A DNA stretch of 64,000 bases, taken from assembly GCF_000372725.1 (NCBI RefSeq), contig NW_005201392.1, positions 128,521 to 192,520 of the forward strand, written 5' to 3'. The position numbers and the translations under genes are program-made. The notes under the pieces are model-generated. The model saw nothing but the letters and a program-made list of their open reading frames with translations, was not told where the DNA came from and made no database searches. Source of the DNA: Emiliania huxleyi CCMP1516. Its lineage: Eukaryota. How positions within the stretch are numbered: position 1 is the first letter of the stretch; each line of letters opens with the position of its first letter. This document shows, piece after piece, positions 12,201 through 22,216 of this stretch.

Positions 12201-15200
12201 GTCGTGCGGCGGCGGCGCCGCGCGTCCGACGCAGTGCGCGGCGGGCACGATCGCGCCGGCCGAGCGGATGGAGGCATGCGACAAGTGCGCGGGCGGGACC
12301 TACCAGAACGACACGGGCGCGACATCCTGTCGCGCTTGCGAGGCGGGCAGCTACTGCGCCGAGGGCGCGTCGGCGCCGCTGCCTTGCGTTGCGGGCAGCT
12401 ACTCGAACGCGACCAACCTCTCCGACGCGAGCGAGTGCACCGACGCCTCGCCGGGCTACTTCGCCACCACCGGCTCCACGCAGCAGACGGCGTGCGACAA
12501 GGGGTCGTACACGGACGCGGCCAAGCAGGGCGAGTGCACGCCCTGTTCCGGCGGCACGTACCAGGACGCGGAGGCGCAGACGGCGTGCAAGCCGTGCGAG
12601 GCGGGCGGCTACTGCGCTGTTGGCGCGGCGGCGGCGCTGCCGTGCGAGGCTGGCAGCTACTCGCGCGCCACCAACCTCTCCGCCGCGAGCGAGTGCACCG
12701 ACGCCTCGCCGGGCCACTTCGCCACCACCGGCTCCACCGAGCAGACGGCGTGCGCCAAGGGGTCGTACACGAACGAGACCAGGCAGGGCGAGTGCACGCC
12801 CTGCGCCGGCGGCACGTACCAGGACGCGGAGGCGCAGATGTCGTGCAAGCCGTGCGAGGCGGGCGGCTACTGCGCTGTTGGCGCGTCGGCGGCGCTGCCG
12901 TGCGAGGCTGGCAGCTACTCGCGCGCCACCAACCTCTCCGCCGCGAGCGAGTGCACCGACGCCTCGCCGGGCCACTTCGCCACCACCGGCTCCACCGAGC
13001 AGACGGCGTGCGCCAAGGGGTCGTACACGAACGAGACCAGGCAGGGCGAGTGCACGCCCTGCGCCGGCGGCACGTACCAGGACATGGGCGGCAAGACGGA
13101 GTGCAAGCCGTGCAAGCAAGGCAGCTTCTGCGAGCCGGGCGCGGCGGCGGCGCTGCCGTGCGAGGCTGGCAGCTACTCGAACAAGACGAATCTTGACTCG
13201 GCGGGCGGCTGCATGGACTGCCCTTTGGGCCACGCTTGCACCACTGGCAGCGCGACTCCCATGGCTTGCCGCGCCGGCACATTCGCATCCGGCTCGCGCA
13301 ACGCCGAGTGCGAGCCGTGCAAGGCGGGATCCTACCAGAACGCCATCGGTGCTGCCGGCTGCGTCCGGTGCGGGCTTGGCAGCTTCTGCCCGGTCGGCGC
13401 GTCGCTCGAACTGCCCGCGGCGTGCGAGCCGGGTACATACGCCAACGTCACGGACGGCGACGGCTTGCCCGACTGTTTCGACTGTCCGGCGGGCTCGTCG
13501 TGCGGCGGCGGGGCTGCGCCGCCGGCGGAGTGCTCGCCGGGCTCCGTCGCCGCCACGCCTGGACTCGCCAAGTGCGAGCGGTGTGAGCCTGGCACATCTT
13601 CCAGCGCCGGCAGCGAGTCGTGCAGCGAGTGCGCTGCAGGCACTTACGCCGCCAACTCCGGCCAGGGCCAGTGCGTCCCTTGCCCCCACCCCCTCAGTAG
13701 TGAGCGCGGCGCCGTCATCTGCTCCATCTGCCAGAAGGGCTTCTACCTGCTCCAGAGCGCCGACCCGGCCGACATCTTCTCCTCCCCGACCGACTACTGC
13801 AAGCCATGCCCGCCAAACGCAGAGTGCTCGGACGACACCTCGCTCGCGACCCTCGGCGTCCCAACCGGCTACTGGCGCGCCAGCCCCTCCTCCGCCGTGC
13901 TGACGGCGTGCCGCGCCTTTGGAGGGGATGGCCAGGCGGGCCAGGCGCGGTGTGTCGGCAATGTTGATCCGGGAGAGGCTAGCGGTCGGAGGGTGCAGGA
14001 GGCCGGCTTGGACTACTGCGCAGACGCCTTCGCCGGCCCCGAGTGCCAGCTCTGCCGCGAGCCGAACCACTACCTGGACGCCGACGGCGCCGCCTGCAAC
14101 GAGTGCGTCGCTGTCGGCACGGCGGCGGGGCGCATGGCGGGCACCGCCCTCGGCCTCTGCGTCGCGTTTGGCCTCGTGGCGTTGGCGTACTCAGTTCAGC
14201 GCGGGCAAACCGAGTGGAGGAAGGAGCGCTTCATCGGACTTCCCTTGCGCATCGCCGACCGCACCGGCGACGCGATTTACAAAATCGGCCTCATCCCCAA
14301 GTTCAAGATCTTGTTTGGCTTCTACCAGGTCTGCCTCGTCCTCTCCACCACCTACTCGGCGCGGCTGCCGGAACGGTACACGGGCTGGACGGAGGCGCTG
14401 GCCGAAGCCGTCTTCATCGACTGGTCGGGCGTCGTGCTGCCGGTGCAGTGCCTGCCGCACAAGTCCCGGCTCGTCGCCGTCGCGATCTCTCCCATCGGCG
14501 TCATCGCACTGCTCCTCTTTGCTGGCATTGTCTTGCGGCTCTGTGCTCGCTGGCGGCGTGCTCGGCGAGGGGCTGCGGAGCCACCGACGGCGCTGGCCGA
14601 AACTGACGATGCGGCGGTCTTTTCATGGCCTGCAGAGGTGGCGCTCGGCCTCCTCGACCTCAGGGGGGGGGGGGTTCGGGGCCAATTCTTTCTTTTCGGC
14701 CCTTTGGGGAGCGCCCCGATTTTGGCCCGGGGGTGTTTCCCGGGTCCTAACCCAAAAAAAAAAAACCCGCCCCCCCCCCCCCCCCCCCAAAACCCTTAGC
14801 TGTCGATGTGCGTGCGCAGGGCTACACCACCTCTGCGCCGGGCGAGACGCTCGCTCTGGTCGAGTACATGCGGCAGGACGCGAGCGTCGAGTGCGGCACC
14901 GACGAGCACGACTCCATCACGAGACTCGCCACCGGCTTCGTCGTCATCTGGCCGGTCGGCTCGCTAGTCCTCTACTCGGCCCTTCTTCTCGCATGCTACA
15001 AGCCGCTGCAGGCCAAGTCGCCGAACGCGCTGACGAAGGCCACCGCCTTCCTTCACCGGGAGTACAAAAGGAACTGGTACTGGTGGGAGGCGGCCGATCT
15101 GGCCCGCAAGCTCTTTCTGACGGGCTTCGTGCTGCTGGTTGCCGAGGAGGAGGACTCCTTTGTTCGTCTCGTCGTGGCGGTGCTCGTGTGTTCGTGCTAC

Positions 15201-17252
15201 GCCGTCGTGATCGCCCTGGTCCAGCCCTACAAGCGGTTCGGGGACAACATCCTCGCCGTGGTGCGCCCTTCGCCCAATCCCACACGCCCTTTGCGCTTGC
15301 TTGTGCTGCAGCTCTCAGCACACGCTTGGATCGTGGCCAGTCCATCACCCACCCCACACACGCCCTTCCCACTGCAGTCACTCTGAGCCCAACGGACGCG
15401 GCTCGCACTGCAGGCCACCAGCCTCGTCCTCCTCCTCCTCTTCCTCGGTGCCAGCTGGACCACCATCTTCCTCAACATCGAGTTGCGATTCCCCGGCGAC
15501 GAGCCGGGGCAGTCGGCCTCCGCCGTCCTCGGCTTCAGGTCTGAGAATGGACTGGTGAACTGGATGCTCGTCCTTGCTGCGGCTGCGCTCCTGATCTTCC
15601 TCGTGGGTACCATCATCGCCATCCGCCGCCTTGCCAAGGTCCCCACGATTCGCCTCGTCTTAACCAAGCAGCCCCCCGAGCTGGCTCTGGTGGAAGGCCT
15701 CACGTGGCACCTCTTCCTCTCGCACATCTGGTCAGTCCTGTGGTCAGAGGGAGAGGCGGCGTAGGAGAACCCGCCAGAACGACCCGCCACTCCGCGAATA
15801 GGTCCACCGGCCAAGACGCCGTCGCGGTCATCAAGAATGAGCTTAAGCTCTTGATCCCCGGCATCAAGATCTTCCTCGATGTGGACGATTTGAAGGACAT
15901 CGGGTCGCTGGAGGATTACGTTGACCGCACGCAGGTCATGCTCTTCTTCCTGTCGAAGGGCTACTTCCGCTCGAAGGCACTCCCCCAGCCCCTCCCTTTC
16001 CGAGAGTGCCTCGCTGTGTCGCCCACGACTACTCGTGCGCTCCTTGCCTGCAGAACTGCCTGCGCGAGATTCGGACGTCGCTCGAGAAGAGCAAGCCGCT
16101 CGTCCTCGTGCAAGAGGCGGATCCGGCCAAGGGCGGCGGGACGCTGCAGGCGCTCCCCGCCCACCCCCAGCTCTGACCCTGCGGGGATTGCTCTCGCCAC
16201 ACACGGCTCTGAGGGGCGGTGTCGCCGCCGCCGCCGCACGCCAGCACTCACTCACGCACACCGTCGCTGCACGACTGCAGGAGTTGCGAGCACAGTGCCC
16301 GGAGGTCCTCCAGCCGGAGATCTTTGACAGTGGGTGGGCGCAGACGACGTGGCACCGCATCGACGAGTATCAGCGTGTCTCGCTTAAGATCATCTCCGAG
16401 GTGCCGCCACGGACAACTCCCTGCAGCTGTTCTGCCGTCGCCTCGACCTTGACCGCCGCCCCCTCGCACCTACCCTCAGGCGCTCCTCCTCTGCTCGCCA
16501 CACTACCTGAACCTGACCTCCCTCCCGCTCTTCATCCCGGGCGAGGTCCAGGGCCAGCCGATCTCCTTCTCCAAGTCCGTCGTGCTCTGGGCCTCGCCGT
16601 TCGATGAGGGCGCAGACGAGCTGGCCAGCGAGCTCGCCACCAATTTCTCCGGCCTCACCGTCTCCACCGCCGAGGAGGCGGGCGACGCCACGCACATGCT
16701 TCTCTATCTGAACGCCGACACCTGGTCCGACGAGCGGCTGGCCGAGCAGGTCAAGCAGGCGCGCCAGGACAGGCTGAAGATCGTCATGGCGCACGAGAAC
16801 GACCTCGACCGCGGCGGCTGTGAGTTCGCCAAGTTTTTTGAGACCACGCCGCAGGAACGCTGCCGATCAGCGGTCGATCTTTTATGTCCCGCCCGCTCCA
16901 TGCCCCCCTTCCCCGCCGCCGCAGGAGCTCATCAACGCCGGGCTCTACGACGCCCTCGCCATTGCCTGCTTCCCCGGCCTGCACCATGAGGTGCGCTCCC
17001 CCGGCGGCACCTTTGCCACAGCGCCCGCCTCCTGAAGCGACTGATCTTGCACCCCCGGTCTCACAGGTGTCGCTCGTGCTGCTGGCCAAGGCTCTGGGCG
17101 CAACCCCGGTGAGCGCTCGCTCGAGCATCCGCGACTCGCTTTCGAATATCGGGCGCTTCACTACCGTGCCTCGCGGCTCGACGACGTCCGACCCAGTCGT
17201 TACCGAGGAGGATTCGCAGCTGGAGCAGCTGCCAGAGGTGGAGCAGGTGTAG
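9297..17252 (+). CDS. Large membrane receptor: CUB-like, right-handed beta-helix, Cys-rich ephrin-receptor-like (GCC2/GCC3) repeats, multi-TM region, TIR domain, second degenerate TIR
   Basis: Exons 9297-9869, 9937-10398, 10493-10576, 10683-10766, 10873-~14660, 14820-15260, 15414-15730, 15802-15976, 16054-16149, 16281-16400, 16480-16854, 16925-16990, 17067-17252. Motifs: SPNYPNSY...CDYLTVNG...GWKICW; CxxCxxGxY repeats; KFKILFGFYQV; FLHREYKRNWYWWE; HLFLSHIWSTGQD...IFLDVDDL...FLSKGYFRSKNCLRE. 14661-14797 is low-quality sequence. Confidence 0.85.
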
Positions 17253-17494
17253 AGGTGACGAGCAACTTTGCAGTTCGGCTCAAGCGGCAAGGGTTGGACG
17301 GTAATATCGTTTGTGCATTGTGTGGGCTTTGTGCACAGGGCGGGGTGGTAGGCGGTAGTGCTAGTGGGGCCCCGCCCCCCGCAAGCCGCGGTACTGTCCT
17401 ATAAATAATAAATAAAACGGACACCTCTACTCGGAGCATGACTCGGAGATGGGTAAAAGGGGGTACTGTCTACGGGAACGTGCACACACGTATT

Positions 17495-18226
17495 CTATGG
17501 GAGGTATGTGTGTATACTGTATTGATCAGCGCCGTGATCACCCCTAGAGCCGTACTCAACGCCTCCAAGCTGCTCGGTCATCACGTCGATGCAGTCCCCG
17601 TCCTCCAGCTCAAGCATTCTCGGGGTTTGGTGCGAGTTCACGCGCTCCCCATCGAACAGGAACCGCAGCGTGCTCCTCGACGAATCACCGATGCCGCGCG
17701 TGTGGCAGTACTGGTCAGTCATCGGGGCAAGACTGTTGTCCATCTCGACGATGTACGCGTCCTCCCGGCCGTCCTGGTCAACTACCTTCACGGCTATGGT
17801 GCAGCCCATGCCGCCGCTGCTAGAGCCCGACGTCGAGAGGTTGAGAATGCGCTTCCGCATCTGCATGCCGCGTCCGACGCCCGGGGGCAGCGAAAGGCTG
17901 CCCCGTGACGCAATCTCCCACGCATCTAGGTGGTCCGTCAAGAAGGAGTGCAGCCCGTGCAGCTTTACGTCGAAGTGTGCGTCCTCGTCGAGCTTCTCCA
18001 GCGACACACAGCCGCTCTCGTCAGCAATGGCATCAAGATCCTCGTCGTAGTGGACGACGGGGTCTCCTTGGACTTTCGCTGCGTCGGCGAGCGGCTTGAG
18101 GTGCTCGAGCTTGCCGCAGCACACGATCCGCGCAGCAATCGGGTCGAAGTGGAAACCCGAAGCGCGGACTAACCCTCGAATCCCGTGTGAGCGGCCGCAC
18201 ATTGCTCGGTACCCCCCCCTGCACAT
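17495..18226 (-). CDS. Intronless ORF with C-terminal SUMO-like (Rad60-SLD) domain
   Basis: IAVKVVDQDG...LRFLFDGERVNSHQTPRMLELEDGDCIDVMTEQLGG, then a 21-aa tail. True start uncertain. Confidence 0.7.
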   Translation of the reverse strand: MCRGGYRAMCGRSHGIRGLVRASGFHFDPIAARIVCCGKLEHLKPLADAAKVQGDPVVHYDEDLDAIADESGCVSLEKLDEDAHFDVKLHGLHSFLTDHLDAWEIASRGSLSLPPGVGRGMQMRKRILNLSTSGSSSGGMGCTIAVKVVDQDGREDAYIVEMDNSLAPMTDQYCHTRGIGDSSRSTLRFLFDGERVNSHQTPRMLELEDGDCIDVMTEQLGGVEYGSRGDHGADQYSIHTYLP

Positions 18227-18637
18227 CTAAAGCCATCCCTGCTGCTAGGGGGGGGGTCTGACCCCCCCAGCAGCAGAGCGCTGCTGCTGGGGGGGGGGTC
18301 GACCCCCCCCAGCAGCAGAGCGCACGGACCCACTCTCCCGCCTCTTCGCCGCCGTCCCCCCTCCACCCTCGGCTCGCGTTTGAGCGTACGCTCGAGGCGG
18401 TTGTGTTCACCGCGCCTTCGAGCCCGGTTGGCAGTAGGAGGGCCCGCCGGTGAGACCACTGATTTTGGTGTCGACCATAAATTCTCGCCACTGGAACACA
18501 TGCTACTTACAGCTGCTGTCTGTACAGAGATGCCAGCACCCCCCACAGGCAGAGCGCTCCTGCTGGGGGGGGGGTCCGGACCCCCCCAGCAGCAGAGCGC
18601 TGCTGCGCTGGGGGAGGGGGTCAAGTATGGTACCGAA
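18205..18637. repeat. Palindrome-rich element with three hairpins gctgctg-Gn-(tc/ga)-Cn-agcagc
   Basis: Hairpins at ~18241-18273, 18283-18316 and 18560-18593. Short inverted ends tcggtacc/ggtaccga. Confidence 0.55.
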
Positions 18638-18647
18638 GGGTTGAGGC

Positions 18648-19939
18648 AACCTGGTTTGTGGACCTCCCGCACCTTACCCTTACAGGCCACCATAAAGGGA
18701 CCCCGTTGTCCGTTTGACATCAGACTTTTTTTGAGTTGGAGGTAATAATTAAAAGGATTGCACTGTCCCAAAGAACTGATTCATTCATTTCACCCTCACA
18801 TAGTAACAATACCTCAAAGTTGAAAACCTCCAAAATAGGCCGTCAGGACTCTGTCAGGACTCCGTCAGGACTCTGTCAGGACTCTGTCAGGACTCCGCCA
18901 GGACTCCGCCAGGACAACCACTGCCCCCCCGCTGTGAACAGAGCCCTTAGCTAGAGAGTAGGGAGGGGTGTACAGTCGAGTTACTCCCGAGGGCAGGGAC
19001 GGCCCTCCACTGAGGGAAAGGGCGCAACGGGGACGGTATGCTCACAACCCAGCCACGCAGCTCTTTGCTCGCGTACAGCCAACGAGTTTGCTGGTCCACA
19101 GGCAGGCCAGGCCGTGAGCGTGGGCCGGTCGGGCCTGATCCTGCGGTGAGCACTGGAGGGCTATGCGGCTCGCTCCGTCAGCCGACTTGCGCCGTCGAGC
19201 GGTCGAGCGCTTCGGGTTGGACCCGCGGGAGGGTCCCTGCGCGGCTGACATGGCCAGCCAAGCCGTGTGCGCTGCCGTGGGCGCTGTCGTGGGTGCTGCC
19301 GTGGGTGCTGCCGTGGGCGCTGCTGTGGGCGCTGCCGTGGGCGCTGCCTCGGTCAGCAGTCGGTCAGCAGTCGGTCAGCAGTCGGTCCGCTGCTCGGCGC
19401 TGGCCTGCAGGCCGCCGGTGGCAAATCGGGGGGGCGCGGGCCATGGACGTCGTGGCCGAGCTTTGCTGCCTTCTTGCACGTTGCCGGCTGTAACGTTGCC
19501 TGCACCATGGCCGCGCCTCTCTTGCTTGTGCGCTTTTCATGGTCGAGCCGAGTGGCGCGAGAGTCAGCGTGATTTCTTTTGTCTGTCAGGACTCTAAGTT
19601 TCTGTCAGGACTCTCAAGTTTCTGTCAGGACTCTCAAGTTTGCTTGTCAGGACTCTCAAGTTTGCGTCAGGACTGCCCCATCAGGACGATTCCGCAGAGG
19701 GCGCGCACGGTCGAAAGGGGGGCTGGGCGTCTATCATTCACTGCTGGGGGGGAGGGGAAGGAGGGTTGCAGTGAAGGAAGGTGGAGGTCTCGTCGGAGGC
19801 ACTTGTGAGCACTGTGAAGACCGTGCGCCGTCAGGACCCCGCCAGGACTCTGTCAGGACTCTGTCAGGACTCTGTCAGGACTCTGTCAGGACTCTGTCAG
19901 GACTGTCAGGACAGGTGCGGGAGGTCCACAAACCAGGTT
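18648..19939. mobile_element. Non-autonomous DNA transposon with perfect 27-bp TIRs and 4-bp TSD (aggc)
   Basis: aacctggtttgtggacctcccgcacct (18648-18674) and its exact reverse complement (19913-19939), with aggc on both flanks. Internal (tcaggactctg)n arrays. Confidence 0.9.
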
Positions 19940-20082
19940 AGGCGGCGGTGGTTTTATTGCGCTACCACGTACCACAGCGCTTGGGCCACATCAGCCCCAG
20001 CGGTCAGATCCGTCTCCTCTGAGCTCTGTCGATCTTGATGTTTAACCCTTTTACGTACACATTTCGAGCGAGTGAAAACCAA

Positions 20083-20407
20083 CTCCTGAGCACGGCGCCG
20101 CAGGCGCCTGTTGATAGGTCCAGGTGATAGCCCTGGATGGGCAATGCATTCGCCTACCTGGGCCTCAGATCGCCCGACCGCGTCCCGGTGCTCTGTGGTC
20201 GGATTTGTGACGCCGCCGCACCGCGCCGCGGCCGGGGGCCCGCCGGAGGACGAGGATGGCCGTGACGGACCGGGACGAGCTCTGGGAGGTTCAGTGTCAG
20301 TGAGTATATTGTAGAGGCCACCCATGTGCACAATATCTTGACTGAGAGCTAAGCCAGGGGAGGCGATGCCGGGGCCGTACAGCAGCTTGATGGTGCTTCG
20401 CCGGCGT
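20083..20407 (+). repeat. Dispersed repeat family D, copy 1 (~325 bp)
   Basis: Highly similar direct copy at 35876-36200. Confidence 0.9.
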
Positions 20408-20929
20408 AGAAGCGGCCGCGGAGGGCTCCGGGTGCCTGAAAAAGACGGAGTTACGTGGGCTGTGGGAGAGTTACTGCACGATGACACAACGCTTGAAAAA
20501 CCATTCTGACGAGCCTCCGAGCATACTTGTGTGGACGTTTTGGGCTCCCATCCCCCGCCCCGGATCCGTGGGCGATCGCCCACGCGGCTGGGGGGCACGG
20601 CGCGAGGTGCCAGGTGGCGCTTACTACTGAAAAGGAGGTTTTGGAGCCCCTAAAAGCGTCATAATAGCCGCACGTTTGCACTCGCCGTGCCTTGCCATCT
20701 CCGAACCGCGCTCCCTCCTTCAGCTTTGGGGCGAATCGGGTGCCGAACTCGGCGGCGACAGCCTTGGCTCGACATCTTTACCATTATGGCGAGAAAGAAA
20801 CGTATAAGCCCCCCATGCGAAATGGCGAAAATGACTGAATCGGAGGGTAGCGCACGGGGGGCTTATGCGTTCCGCGGGGTCGTATGTTTGAGCCGGATAT
20901 CGACCTGGAGCCCCATGGGGGTGGTATGA

Positions 20930-21925
20930 GCTGCCCCAAAACGGAAGGGCAATAGCCTGTTCACGGTTGCAGCTCCAACCACGGAAGGCCTCGAGCGCAT
21001 CCGGAGCCCTCCAGGCGGCGCCGAGACTCGCTGGACCTATTGGTGCGAGTGCGCCGTCTGGCTCGGCGTACTCACCGGCCGGTGGGAGCGGATTTTGACC
21101 AAGCTGCTGCACGAGTGGCTCTTGGCGCAGGGCAGCGCCGGTCTCGACACCGACCCATCGGCGCGCCAGCTTGGGGATCCGGTCACGCTCAGCGGCGGCG
21201 CTCTGGCCGCAAAGATCGCCAGCCTGCAGAAGCAAAAGGAGCGTGACTTGCTGACCATGATGACCGACCCGTCTCTCCGCGTTTGGCTCGGCTTCATCGC
21301 GGTCTACGGCGACCAGTCGCTCATCCCGTTCATCAAGGGCTTTACCGAGGACGACTCGCCCGGCATCGGGTTCAAGGCGCGCCGAGTCATCCTCGAGCGA
21401 GTCGCAACGCTGCGCAGGTTTGAGAGCGACGCGCTCGACTGCAAAGAGCTGGACGGGCTGAAGCTGCTGGTCGAGAATACAGACGGCATCGACGCTGAAG
21501 CTGCCGCCGAAATCATTAGCCAGGCGGCCAAGGCCTCCGCCGACTACTTCGAGGAGGAGACGCACCAATGGCACGGCTCTCGCGCCAACCCGGTGCTGCT
21601 CCTGTTCGGCCTGATGGACGAGAGGGGCCGCGCCGTCGAGTGCGCAAAGGAGCTCCTCGCGACGCAGGGGCGCACCTCGATTGCCACCGCAATGCTGCCG
21701 CACATGCCCAAGCACGACAAGCTGAACGCCACCATGCTCGCGGCGGCGATCGGCGACGCCGTGGACGGCCCCTGCGTCGCGTTCCAGGACGAGTTCCTTG
21801 ATCAGATCCGCATCCTCAGCAATTCGCCGGCCATGACCAAGCTGCGCGACCTACCCGCCGCACAGTCGCTCCATCAGCTGCTCTATCGCTGCCTTGCGCA
21901 CGTGAACGGATGTGCAGAGGCACGT
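20930..21925 (+). mobile_element. hAT-like DDE transposase remnant
   Basis: Frame open from 20930 with coding-like codon use. GGAETRWTYW resembles the hAT TRW motif. Helical region ends in HVNGCAE (possible catalytic E). N-terminal part absent. Confidence 0.45.
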
Positions 21926-22216
21926 GGTCTGAGAAAAAACGAAACGCTGCGAGAGAGGAATCCCTGGCCCTGGCCATGGGTGAATTCTTCCCAGCCCCCC
22001 TCCGTGTGTCGCGAGATGCGCTCCCCACACTCCCGTCTCCCGACTCCCGTTCCCCTGTGTCGTGTCCCTGATCGTCCTTCCAAGATCCTGCTCGTGCAGG
22101 TGGGGACCCTGTCCTTCTCCCATCCCTCGTTTGGGTTTGTCTGTTTTCTTTCTTGCTTTCTTTTTACTCCGCTCCACAGCACGCTCGGGCGCCGAGACCA
22201 ACTTCCCGCCACACTC

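Noticed and set aside
11401..14070. Long antisense and alternate-frame ORFs (889, 616, 599 aa; likewise 39429-41672)
   Set aside because: Shadows of GC-rich repetitive coding sequence with no motifs.
14661..14799. Apparent stop or pseudogenisation of the receptor
   Set aside because: Homopolymer-rich, read-end-like sequence. The gene resumes cleanly at 14820. The same artefact occurs at ~24010-24150.
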